Source: a virus (lineage: Duplodnaviria > Caudoviricetes). Taken from it: a DNA stretch of 62,768 bases. Location of the stretch: positions 1 to 62,768 of the IMG/VR virus record IMGVR_UViG_3300033233_000038; one strand, given 5' to 3'. Made by a program: the position numbers and the translations under genes. Positions 8,677-17,709 of this stretch are shown here, piece by piece; position 1 is the stretch's first letter; each line of letters opens with the position of its first letter. The notes under the pieces were generated by a model that saw only the letters and a program-made list of their open reading frames with translations, searched no databases and was not told the DNA's origin.

Positions 8677-11407
8677 TAATTTCTGCTATCCATCTTTGCG
8701 GAATAAACTCAGAAATAGCGCGCTCTCTTGCTGCTTGGCCTTTTTTCTTTAATTCCTCAAAACTAAGATTCTTCACAATTTCTGCAAACTGTTTTTTCTT
8801 ATCGCAGAGCCATCCACACTCAGGCGTTACTCTATCTTTTAATCCACCCCAATTATCACCTAAAATTGGTAAACCACTAGCAAGAGCTTCTAAAGCAACT
8901 CTTGGCCCCATATCCATATACCCTTGCGGAAGCGAATACCAGAATAAATTACCTTTCGATAGAAAGTCAGCAATGACTTCTGGTTTGTCAGTGCGAGGAT
9001 ATTTTTTAAATATATCATTTTCATTAACAAAGGAAGGCCCGGGAAGCATTGCAAAGAAAACATCTTTCCTTACATTAATAATTTGATTTATTTCATTGCT
9101 AAAAAATTTACTGAATTTCGTATCCCCCTGAGAGCTGTGCCTAACTAATCTTAAACTATCATTATAATTAGGCTGCACTTTTAAAAATTCATCTAATTCC
9201 GTACAAGGCGGTAATACTTTCGTTTTTACATTTGGTAATACTTTTAACAATTCTTTTTCTTGAGTTGAATTTAAAAACATATACTTATCCCAACATTTTG
9301 TCCATTCAATTTCGCCAACGCCACCGCGCCGATAATTCAGCATCATTATTTTCTTATCAGCATTAAGCGTTGAAAACATCTCTGCAAGTTCTGGCTTAGA
9401 AAATTCCCACACAAAATCGTCTGCATAAACAAACAACACATCACATGACTCATGCAGGGTTTCATAATCAAGAGTTACTTTTACATCTTTTAAAGTTGTA
9501 TCAAGGCATTGCCGGAATTCTCTGCTACCGATAGATTTTCTGAATGGAATGAACTCTACTTTGTGGCCGGCTTTAAGAAGATATTTCATTATCGTAGTAA
9601 CGCTTCGCGCGCAACCACCCCACCCCCTTGCTGTGCTTACTATTTTTATTGTTTTACTCGTAAGATTTTTATCGCAATAGCAAGATGGCACAATCAAACA
9701 ATCATCTTCTTTTTCTATAAGTTTTTCTCCAATCCATCCGTGACAACGGTGGCCCCCTTTAATAGGGCCTTCAAAATTATTTTTAATATACTTCTCTTGC
9801 CAGTTACGTTCATTCTGGCGGCCTGCATCGTGAATTATTATAATGTCCGCTAATTCAGAAGCAATCTTAGTTGAAAATTCTCTCGATGCACCCCCCGAAG
9901 GGCCATCCACAAAAGCCATATCGAAATGTCCAGAAATCTCAAGATTTTTACCATCCCATAACTTTATGTCTAAATCAGGCTTAATCCCTTTTATCTTTTT
10001 AATCCATCCCTCATTTGTTTCAAAAGTAACTACTTTCACTAAATCACTTAAAAGCAAAGTTGAAAGCCCCGCGCCAAACTCCAAAACAGTCCTGACATTG
10101 TATCTTTGTATTGTCGTTCGCAAGAAATCCCAATCCCTGTCAGTAAGACTTCCTCCACCAAATGGTATGTTATATTTATTCTCTATCTCGGCAATATTCC
10201 TTACTACCGGAGCTATTGGAATGGATACTGACGCATTTTTTACAATATTCTTGAATTGTTTTGGTTTATCTGATTGGACTCCTTTTTTCAACCGGCCGCC
10301 AAGATAATATTGATTCAATGCAAAAGATATATCTTTAGGATAAATAATATCAACACATTTAGGGACTTTTCTATCTAAGATATGTTCTTTCTTCTCATCA
10401 ATAACTAAATTAGGGCATGTCTTAATATCGCAGTGCCAACACGCATTGAGCGCACATGGAAGGCACCCATCGGTGGCAAGATATTGATGACCCGGATAGC
10501 GCGTAAATGCTACCGGCTCACGGGCACCAGCAATAACTATCGCCGGCTTGTATAACGCACCAGAAAGATGCATGTGAAAACTGACGAGGCCTATCGATCC
10601 CTCCGCGTTTAAGAAAAGTTTATACAGATCACGTATGCCGGTAAGCTTCTCTTGCGTCTTACCTATATAATCTACAACGTTAGACCCCTGTAATTTCGGA
10701 TGTTGGTCTTCTTTTGCGCCTAACTGATAAAATAAGGTATCAGGATTCTGACTGACAAATTCCTGCCACCTTTCAAATGGATACATCTTGCATCCCCATC
10801 CCTTTTCACCACCGATGACAATGAGCCAATAAGGCTCTTTCGTTACCGGCGGCGCGTTGAACTCCTCTTCTGTCAGCCATATATCAGGCCGGGACTCACC
10901 TTGGGGGATATGCACGTTAAGCGCATCTTCTATGGAGATACGGAAGGCGTTAGCGAAGTGCCAATCAAGGCGATTGGAGGAATTGGTGAGCTTCCCCGGC
11001 CCTATCTTTATCGTATTCTGTTCAGTCGGTATTAGAGTCCTGTCAATATAAGGGTTGTTATCCCAAATATGAGCTGCAATGGAAATGACGTTAACTCTTA
11101 CATCAGGAAATGTTTTCTTGAAATCCCTTATTCCGCAAGTAAACATCAACATATCACCTAATCGCTGCCGGTTATGAAAGACTAGTTCTTTGCGATCCTT
11201 TATGGTAGAGATAACTTCTTTAAAATTATCTGATAACTGAGAATGATTTAGAAGTTCATTGACAAATTCTTTCATTAAACTTTTGTTTTCAATAGGCCCG
11301 TGAACATGAATAGAATTATTTACGCCTTTAAAAATAGCGACATGCTCTGCTACTTCTTCGTTGAAATTAGTTAATTCTTTATTACATATTTTACAAATCA
11401 TCACCAA
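8669..11407 (-). CDS. Multidomain enzyme: GT9-like + SAM methyltransferase + GT4-like glycosyltransferase
   Basis: GT9: RLGDMLM, KMYPFERW, SFHMHLSGALYKP. MTase: VLEFGAGLST, FDMAFVDGP. GT4: GGCARS, GPRVALEALASGLPILGDNWGG. Confidence 0.85.
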   Translation of the reverse strand: MVMICKICNKELTNFNEEVAEHVAIFKGVNNSIHVHGPIENKSLMKEFVNELLNHSQLSDNFKEVISTIKDRKELVFHNRQRLGDMLMFTCGIRDFKKTFPDVRVNVISIAAHIWDNNPYIDRTLIPTEQNTIKIGPGKLTNSSNRLDWHFANAFRISIEDALNVHIPQGESRPDIWLTEEEFNAPPVTKEPYWLIVIGGEKGWGCKMYPFERWQEFVSQNPDTLFYQLGAKEDQHPKLQGSNVVDYIGKTQEKLTGIRDLYKLFLNAEGSIGLVSFHMHLSGALYKPAIVIAGAREPVAFTRYPGHQYLATDGCLPCALNACWHCDIKTCPNLVIDEKKEHILDRKVPKCVDIIYPKDISFALNQYYLGGRLKKGVQSDKPKQFKNIVKNASVSIPIAPVVRNIAEIENKYNIPFGGGSLTDRDWDFLRTTIQRYNVRTVLEFGAGLSTLLLSDLVKVVTFETNEGWIKKIKGIKPDLDIKLWDGKNLEISGHFDMAFVDGPSGGASREFSTKIASELADIIIIHDAGRQNERNWQEKYIKNNFEGPIKGGHRCHGWIGEKLIEKEDDCLIVPSCYCDKNLTSKTIKIVSTARGWGGCARSVTTIMKYLLKAGHKVEFIPFRKSIGSREFRQCLDTTLKDVKVTLDYETLHESCDVLFVYADDFVWEFSKPELAEMFSTLNADKKIMMLNYRRGGVGEIEWTKCWDKYMFLNSTQEKELLKVLPNVKTKVLPPCTELDEFLKVQPNYNDSLRLVRHSSQGDTKFSKFFSNEINQIINVRKDVFFAMLPGPSFVNENDIFKKYPRTDKPEVIADFLSKGNLFWYSLPQGYMDMGPRVALEALASGLPILGDNWGGLKDRVTPECGWLCDKKKQFAEIVKNLSFEELKKKGQAARERAISEFIPQRWIAEIIE

Positions 11408-12477
11408 CCTCCTTTTATGGTCTCACTTATATAGTGAGCATCTTCTTCACTGACATGCATACCTATAGGAATAGATATATATTTGTCTTCGATTGAATTT
11501 AATACCGGCAAGTCTTCTCTTTTTCTACCAAAAAGTTTATAAATATCATTACGCACTTGGACTAAATTTGTTTCAATCCCCGCGTCAAAAAGTTTTCTTG
11601 CAAAATCATCTCTTCTTTCAACAAGAACTGTGGCTAACCAGCATACATTTGTTTCTCCATCTATAAGTTTTATTCCAGATAAGTCTAGGAGATTTATTTT
11701 ATAGATATTAAATATTTTCTTACGATGACGCACTATCGAACGATAATGAGAAAGCCCTGCTAATCCCATTGTGGCCGCAATATCATTCATATGCCTTTTA
11801 TATCCAAGCATCTCTATATCAAAACACATCATTCTCGTTTTGTAAGATTCCCAACTATTCTTTGACTCTATTTCTCTATCTATACCAAACCATCTTAAAA
11901 GTTTTGCCTTCTGGTATGCTTCTTTGTTATTAACCACTAACATGCCGCCATCCCCCGTAGTAATATGTTTTATGGCTTGGAAAGAACATGCAGTAAGATC
12001 TCCGGTAAAGATCCCTAGAGCCTGACACGCATCTGAAACGACCGGAATATGAAAAACTCCTATATTAGAACACACCCCTCCTAGATGCACCTGTATGATT
12101 GCTTTTGTTTTATCAGTAATTTTTGACTTGATGTCTAAAGCGTCGATGCACAGAGTGCGCTCATTGATATCAGCCCAAACAATTTTTACTTTTCGCGCAA
12201 GCAATGGTATATTCGTGGCCGCACAGGTCAAAGGTGTTGTTATCACCTCATCACCTTCTTTTAACCCTATCAGATCATACGCGGTCTCAAGCGCAGATGT
12301 CCCTGAATTCATACTGACTGCATATCGAACATTGAATAATTTAGAAAATTCTTTTTCGAATTCATCTACTTTATCTCCCTGAGTTATGCATCCGGAGCTT
12401 AAAGTTTTTGTTAAGTTTGCTATAACGCCTTCAGGGATATATGGACTAAAAAGTTTTATCATCACCATTCCAACCAA
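11401..12477 (-). CDS. DegT/DnrJ/EryC1/StrS PLP-dependent sugar aminotransferase
   Basis: NSGTSAL, DACQALG and SFQAIKHITTGDGG (PLP lysine). Confidence 0.93.
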   Translation of the reverse strand: MVGMVMIKLFSPYIPEGVIANLTKTLSSGCITQGDKVDEFEKEFSKLFNVRYAVSMNSGTSALETAYDLIGLKEGDEVITTPLTCAATNIPLLARKVKIVWADINERTLCIDALDIKSKITDKTKAIIQVHLGGVCSNIGVFHIPVVSDACQALGIFTGDLTACSFQAIKHITTGDGGMLVVNNKEAYQKAKLLRWFGIDREIESKNSWESYKTRMMCFDIEMLGYKRHMNDIAATMGLAGLSHYRSIVRHRKKIFNIYKINLLDLSGIKLIDGETNVCWLATVLVERRDDFARKLFDAGIETNLVQVRNDIYKLFGRKREDLPVLNSIEDKYISIPIGMHVSEEDAHYISETIKGGW

Positions 12478-13445
12478 GATAAATTATTCAAATACCACTT
12501 AATTGTTTTGACTAAGCTTTCTTCAAAAGTTTTTGGAATGTGCCAACCAAGATGTTTCATTTTTTCAGCACACAAACTATACCGGAGATCATGCCCAGGA
12601 CGGCTTGAATGGAAATCAATCATTTCATACTTAACTGGTTTACCAATTATCTGAGCGATGAACTTCGCCATCTCAAGATTATCAACTTCTTTCTCTCCAA
12701 CAATATTATACTTATCCCTATTTTCTGATTTATCCAACAAAAATAAAATAGCTGCGGCTACGTTCCGACAATGAATATAGAATCGAGAACCAGCTTTTGT
12801 CCTCGTAGAATCAGAATGGATAAAGACAGTTTCATCGTGTAATACTTTTTTAATTACGGAAGGGATGTATTTTTCCGGATGCTGGCGTTCTCCAAAGCAA
12901 TTCATCGTGTGTGTAATTATTATAGGTAGCTTATAGGTATTGGCATAAGCAAGGCACAATTCCTCCCCCCCTGCTTTTGAAGCAGAATATGGATTTGTAG
13001 AGTTATACCTGTCCCACTCCTTATAATCAGTCCCCGCTGGTGCAGGGCCAAAAACTTCATCCGTTGAAAAGTATACAAATTTTTTCAGATTTTTTAAGCA
13101 GCGCGCGAAATTCAACATATGCATAGTGCCCACGACATTCGTAATTACAAACGGCTCGGGGTCGCTTATTGAGTTATCGACATGTGTCTCCGCGCCCATA
13201 TGCACGATATAATCAATATCCCCAATTTCTTTTGTTAAGCCGCAAGGAATAATTTGTGTAAAATCCGCGGAAAAAAGCTTAAGCCGCGGATTATCGAAAC
13301 ACCCTGCGTCTCTTAACCGATGGAACCCATTCGAGGCATAAGTAAGTTTATCCAAGACAACAACTTCCCAATCGGTGTTAAGTAATACTGACTCAACAAA
13401 GTGATGGCCGATAAATCCTGCACCTCCAGTTACTAATATTTTCAT
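12462..13445 (-). CDS. rmlB: dTDP-glucose 4,6-dehydratase-like
   Basis: ILVTGGAGFIG, AETHVDNSI, STDEVFG, PYSASKA and RPGHDLRY. Confidence 0.9.
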   Translation of the reverse strand: MKILVTGGAGFIGHHFVESVLLNTDWEVVVLDKLTYASNGFHRLRDAGCFDNPRLKLFSADFTQIIPCGLTKEIGDIDYIVHMGAETHVDNSISDPEPFVITNVVGTMHMLNFARCLKNLKKFVYFSTDEVFGPAPAGTDYKEWDRYNSTNPYSASKAGGEELCLAYANTYKLPIIITHTMNCFGERQHPEKYIPSVIKKVLHDETVFIHSDSTRTKAGSRFYIHCRNVAAAILFLLDKSENRDKYNIVGEKEVDNLEMAKFIAQIIGKPVKYEMIDFHSSRPGHDLRYSLCAEKMKHLGWHIPKTFEESLVKTIKWYLNNLSWLEW

Positions 13446-13897
13446 AGATATCGTATTACCCCATCGCTGAGCTTATACGCCCCCGAGGCATGCATCTTCG
13501 AAAGTGAATTGTTGATGGTGATGGATGTGTTTTTCTCGCCGCCGATAGTATCAGAATATAACAATGAATAATCAATATACCACGGATTTGGATCTTTCCC
13601 CGATGAATCATTCGTCTTGACAATATCAATGACGCTGATTTTTTTTATCCCATGGTTCATGTCATGCCGCTCAAGGATCCTATCCAGCCGGCCGTCCTTG
13701 AAGTCAAACAGGTCATGTTTCAAGATCCTGATCTGTTCCTGCAGCGCAGCCTTCTCAACCTCAAGTTTCGCTATGCGCTCGAATGTCTGTTGCACTATTG
13801 ACTTGATTGTCTTTGACTGTTTTTCTTTCATGCCTTGGTGCATTTTTTCCAGTTTTTCATTCTCCATTGTTCGCCCTTTCTTCAAATGAGATATCAT
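13442..13897 (-). CDS. Hypothetical coiled-coil protein
   Basis: ORF coupled to its neighbours; probable start MENEK at 13867. Confidence 0.6.
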   Translation of the reverse strand: MISHLKKGRTMENEKLEKMHQGMKEKQSKTIKSIVQQTFERIAKLEVEKAALQEQIRILKHDLFDFKDGRLDRILERHDMNHGIKKISVIDIVKTNDSSGKDPNPWYIDYSLLYSDTIGGEKNTSITINNSLSKMHASGAYKLSDGVIRYL

Positions 13898-14066
13898 AAT
13901 ATTTGCCTAATTTAAACGTATCAGCAAACATCTTATCTTTCACTGTCATGAACATCTGCACTGACGTTTCCTTGTTGTCAGTGATAATGAACTCTATCGT
14001 GGTTTCGCCTGAGGCATATTCTTTCTTTGACAAGACAAATAGCGGCTTATCGAGATATACCATCAA
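13857..14066 (-). CDS. Hypothetical protein
   Basis: 69-aa ORF overlapping the GroES stop. Confidence 0.55.
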   Translation of the reverse strand: MMVYLDKPLFVLSKKEYASGETTIEFIITDNKETSVQMFMTVKDKMFADTFKLGKYYDISFEERANNGE

Positions 14067-14371
14067 GCACCCCCTTTCCTTACCACCGCCAATATATCCT
14101 CATCTTTTATTATCTGGAGCTTCCTATCCTTTTCATCAACCGTCTTTGCAACAAGCACAATCTCTGTCCCTGCGAACTTCGAGAATAACACGGTATCGCC
14201 TTCTTTCACTTTCAAATTGATCTCACTATCCTCAGCGATAGCGATGACGCGGCCCTTGGTGGGCGCCTTTGCCTGCGCGCTATCAGGAATAATGATCCCT
14301 GTCGGCGTCTTCCTTTCCGCCGCCTCCGGCTCAACAATTACCTTTTTATTCAGAGGTATAACTATGTCCAT
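14063..14371 (-). CDS. groES: Co-chaperonin GroES
   Basis: PLNKKVIVEP, KTPTGIIIPDSAQ, VKEGDTVLFSKFAGTEI and EDILAVV. AAGGAG RBS precedes ATG 14371; the frame is open further to 14557. Confidence 0.92.
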   Translation of the reverse strand: MDIVIPLNKKVIVEPEAAERKTPTGIIIPDSAQAKAPTKGRVIAIAEDSEINLKVKEGDTVLFSKFAGTEIVLVAKTVDEKDRKLQIIKDEDILAVVRKGGA

Positions 14372-14665
14372 GTTCGCTCCTTTCGTTACAGATATTTCCC
14401 CGTTTTTCTCTTTGCTTGACCACTTACATAAAATATCCAATGCCTGCTCAAGGTATATGCTGTCAGGGTTCATTGGCTCTTTTAATTCCTTATTATTCAA
14501 TTTTTCTTCTATAATCTGCAAAAAACTCTTGATAAAATCAGATTTCTGAATTTGCATAGAATAGGCATACTTTCATTGCCAGTAGGCAATGGATAAATAA
14601 AAAAGCTCTGAATTTCTCCAGAGCTTCATTTGAACGTCTTTGTGATTTTCGCAAATCATGTTATT

Positions 14666-14694
14666 AAATTACAACTATTACTGACTTTTGTCAA
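14666..14694 (-). promoter_or_regulatory. Sigma70-type promoter for the leftward (glycan + structural) arm
   Basis: TTGACA-17 nt-TAATTT on the - strand. Confidence 0.55.
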
Positions 14695-14900
14695 GTAATT
14701 ATTTTTGCGTGGAATTATTATCGAAGCTATATATTTTTAGGGATATTGAAAATGAAGAAAATCTTAGAATGTTATAGGGTGAAAATTGGGTTTCGAAGCT
14801 ATATCGGGAGGAGGGGGCGCGCGCAGCCGGAAACTTTTTTCTTAACTTTTTCTGGCAATTTTTAATCCAAAAATAAATAAAATAAATAAAATAAATTCCC

Positions 14901-14929
14901 TTGACAAACATACATATATATGTTACAAT
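14901..14929 (+). promoter_or_regulatory. Strong sigma70-type early promoter
   Basis: TTGACA-17 nt-TACAAT with TGn extended -10 and an A-rich UP-like tract upstream. Confidence 0.8.
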
Positions 14930-14945
14930 TCCATTATAGTAGGAA

Positions 14946-15518
14946 TTGCTCTTTGACAATTACTTGGCCAAAACATTGTGGAAAGGAAAAAACACAATGG
15001 AAAAAAAACAAAGTATAGCCGAGTTACTCTTAAAAGCGAAAGAATTGAAGCGCCAAGAGTCTGAAGCGAAAGCACGCTACAAAGCACAAAAGAGCGCGAT
15101 CGCAACAGAATACACGAGCGGCATGGACGAAAAAACAAAGCAAGCGCAGATTATCGACGCGGAAAAAATTCTTGGCGATGCAAAGAATAAAGCAATTGCT
15201 TTGCGTAATGTTTTCAAGGAAAGTATGAAAGCAATTAGAAATGATGTTGCCTTTGCAAAGGAAATTCTTTCCTTTGTAGGGTATAAGCAAACGCATTCCT
15301 TGCAAAAAGTCAAAAACCAATTCTTTGTGAGTAACGGCAAGTTAACAGTAAAACGTGAAGGAATTAAAGATATTACTGTTGATGTCACTGTTGCGGACTG
15401 GCAAGCAATCCTCAAAAAAGAATTACGAAAGCAAGGGATTAATGGAGATGACAGAGTCGCGGACAACATCGTGTACAAAGCAAAGTGTATTGTAGAAAGT
15501 AATAACGTAAACGTATAA
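14946..15518 (+). CDS. Hypothetical Lys-rich early protein
   Basis: First ORF after the promoter; likely start ATG 14997 (MEKKQ). Confidence 0.7.
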   Translation: MLFDNYLAKTLWKGKNTMEKKQSIAELLLKAKELKRQESEAKARYKAQKSAIATEYTSGMDEKTKQAQIIDAEKILGDAKNKAIALRNVFKESMKAIRNDVAFAKEILSFVGYKQTHSLQKVKNQFFVSNGKLTVKREGIKDITVDVTVADWQAILKKELRKQGINGDDRVADNIVYKAKCIVESNNVNV

Positions 15519-15575
15519 CACAAAACAAAAAGCAGCACAAAAAGCAATGTTTACGGCTAAGTAAAATTGTCAATC

Positions 15576-15609
15576 AAAAACATGGAGCGCGAAACACTCC
15601 ATGTTTTTT
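15576..15609 (+). terminator. Intrinsic terminator
   Basis: AAAAACATGGAG...CTCCATGTTTTTT hairpin with T tract. Confidence 0.7.
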
Positions 15610-15650
15610 GTTTTTATTATACATTATACAAAAAGTTTAAAAAGCTCTTT

Positions 15651-15709
15651 AGTGCCGGGTTTCTTTACAGTGTCGGGTTTCTTTACAGTGTCGGGTTTCT
15701 TTACAGTGT
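15651..15709. repeat. Three 18-bp direct repeats (AGTGTCGGGTTTCTTTAC), iteron-like
   Basis: Copies at 15651, 15669 and 15687, followed by an A/T-only tract at ~15795-15849. Confidence 0.85.
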
Positions 15710-16059
15710 TGTCTTTTGTCAAGCTTCAAAACGGCATTATATTTTATCTCTGGTGTTTTCGTTATCTCCGCGCTGCGGAGATCCTATATTAAAGTAATAT
15801 ATATTATATATAATATATAAATATATTATATATATATAATATATATTAAGGAGTTGAATAACTGCTGAATTGAAGGGGAGGAAGGGGTATCCCCTCCTCA
15901 TATAATATATATAGTATAGAGTTAAAGTGTCGATAAAGTTAGACAGTTTCAAAGTAAAGTGTCGATAATCTTTACACGTTCAAGAGTGATTCAGAGATGA
16001 AGTGTTGATAAAAGTAAACATTATTTAATCTCTGTCTAATAAAATGAACATAAAAAAGG

Positions 16060-16473
16060 ATGTGTCTTTTGAAAAACAAAACACACATAAAAGACAAAGT
16101 GTCTAAAAAGATGAACAAAGCAAAGCGGGCGTTCCTTGCCGCTGTTTTCCTTTTAATCTTTCACTCGGCAGTGTTTGCGAAAGACCTTTGGAAAATCACC
16201 GCTTACTGCGCTTGTGTGAAGTGCTGCGGGAAAACAGATGCAATCACCGCTTCGGGCAAAAAAGCGCTGTATGGCTTTGTCGCTTGTAATTGGCTGCCCT
16301 TCGGCACAAGAGTCCGTATCTCTGGGCTTGGTGAATTTACCGTTCAGGACAGGGGGGCGCGCTCGCAGTTCGGAGATAAGAAAAACCATATCAAACATCT
16401 TGATATATATCTCCCGACGCATAAGCAAGCGCTTATCTTCGGAGTGAAACATCTCGAAGTTACTATTCTATAA
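16060..16473 (+). CDS. 3D-domain (lytic transglycosylase-like) protein with signal peptide
   Basis: ITAYC, ITASG, LPFGTRV, VQDRG and HLDIY. Signal-like MNKAKRAFLAAVFLLIFHSAVFA from 16111. Confidence 0.8.
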   Translation: MCLLKNKTHIKDKVSKKMNKAKRAFLAAVFLLIFHSAVFAKDLWKITAYCACVKCCGKTDAITASGKKALYGFVACNWLPFGTRVRISGLGEFTVQDRGARSQFGDKKNHIKHLDIYLPTHKQALIFGVKHLEVTIL

Positions 16474-16493
16474 AAGGGAGGAGGTGAGTATAG

Positions 16494-16670
16494 ATGAAAA
16501 CAACACGGACAGGGAATAAGTTAATGTTAGAGATTGACTTGACGCCGGAAGAAAGCGCTCCATTTTCCAAGAGTGGGAAGTCAAAGATTGCTTGGACTAC
16601 AGGCGGCTTTAAGTATGAGAGCAATCTTGGGATCTCAGTAAACGTAATATATAAAGAGAAGAGGCAATAA
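16494..16670 (+). CDS. Small hypothetical phage protein
   Basis: 58-aa ORF (MKTTRTGNK...SKSGKSKIAWTTGG) after a GGAGG RBS; below the track cut-off. Confidence 0.65.
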   Translation: MKTTRTGNKLMLEIDLTPEESAPFSKSGKSKIAWTTGGFKYESNLGISVNVIYKEKRQ

Positions 16671-16848
16671 CTCTTCAAAAAAGAAAGAGAGGCTGCCATG
16701 AAAGGTTTTAATATCTGTCAAAGTTGTAGCAAGAAAGAGTGTGCCAGCTGTCCATTAGCAATTAAAAGATAAAGCATTGCTGCATCTTTAGAAAGGAGAT
16801 AAGCGATGGAAGAGTGGTTACTTGACTTATTGTATCCGAATAGCTTCC

Positions 16849-16959
16849 CTGAGTAAATGAAATGGCAGGAGATACCGCTCTGTTACGAAGGCAGGGCGTT
16901 TCCCCTTTATCTGTATCTCCTGCTGTATCCGACAAAGTCGGACTGATGAGTTTAATCAG
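16849..16959 (+). ncRNA. Hammerhead ribozyme, type II topology
   Basis: GAAA 16859-62; stem III 16863-75/16913-25; GUA cleavage triplet; stem I TCCGAC/GTCGGA; CTGATGA 16943-49; stem II closes the ends. Confidence 0.85.
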
Positions 16960-16980
16960 AGTGGAAGGAGGTGAATAAAA

Positions 16981-17385
16981 GTGGAAGCGACAAAACATGA
17001 TTTATCTTTCAACGAGGCAAGTCTTGATTATGAGGCGCTGCTTATCACGGCAAAGATTGCAGTGGCTGGAGAACTGCGCCAGAAGGATTTCATCTCTACG
17101 CTGCATGGCTTCACGATTCGGCGCGCCTGTTATCTATTGCCAGTGAGACGCTGCATACGCTGGAGTGCGGGCTTGACAGAGAGAAGATTACCATTGTCAA
17201 TAAACCAGAGGCAAAAGATGTTATTAAATAAGATACAGGAAAAGATTGCAAGGCTCGGATATCCAAAATCTGTCGTGAGTGCTTACTATAAAGGCTCTCG
17301 CTATTACCGAGAGGAGGTGAGGCAAAGTGTATATGATTTTACATTGGAAAGACAGAGGAAATTATCTCAGTGTGGTGAAAAATGA
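16981..17385 (+). CDS. Hypothetical protein
   Basis: GGAGG RBS and GTG start. Confidence 0.6.
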   Translation: MEATKHDLSFNEASLDYEALLITAKIAVAGELRQKDFISTLHGFTIRRACYLLPVRRCIRWSAGLTERRLPLSINQRQKMLLNKIQEKIARLGYPKSVVSAYYKGSRYYREEVRQSVYDFTLERQRKLSQCGEK

Positions 17386-17542
17386 AAACGGAAGTATTGC
17401 GCTCTTTTTTACTATCAAAGAAGCAGACGCTTTCGCAAACGAAAGCAAACACTCACTCGATATGAGAGTAATCTCTATTGAGGGAGTAGATGACAGTGAA
17501 GTGAATTATGCTAAATCATTGTGAGAGTGAAAGGAGGTCAAA

Positions 17543-17707
17543 ATGGGAGTGTATAAATTTACTGCTGAGTTTTTGGTAAGAGCCAATGACAAAGCGCAAG
17601 CAGAAACAGCTGTCGCGGAAGAGATGGGAGCTGATATCTATGAGTCCCATTTTATCTGTGAAGATGCACCGGAAACAGACGCAGTTGATGTTGACGTAAC
17701 AAAGTAA
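17543..17707 (+). CDS. Small hypothetical protein
   Basis: 54-aa ORF after an AGGAGG RBS; ends immediately before the second hammerhead. Confidence 0.6.
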   Translation: MGVYKFTAEFLVRANDKAQAETAVAEEMGADIYESHFICEDAPETDAVDVDVTK

Positions 17708-17709
17708 AA

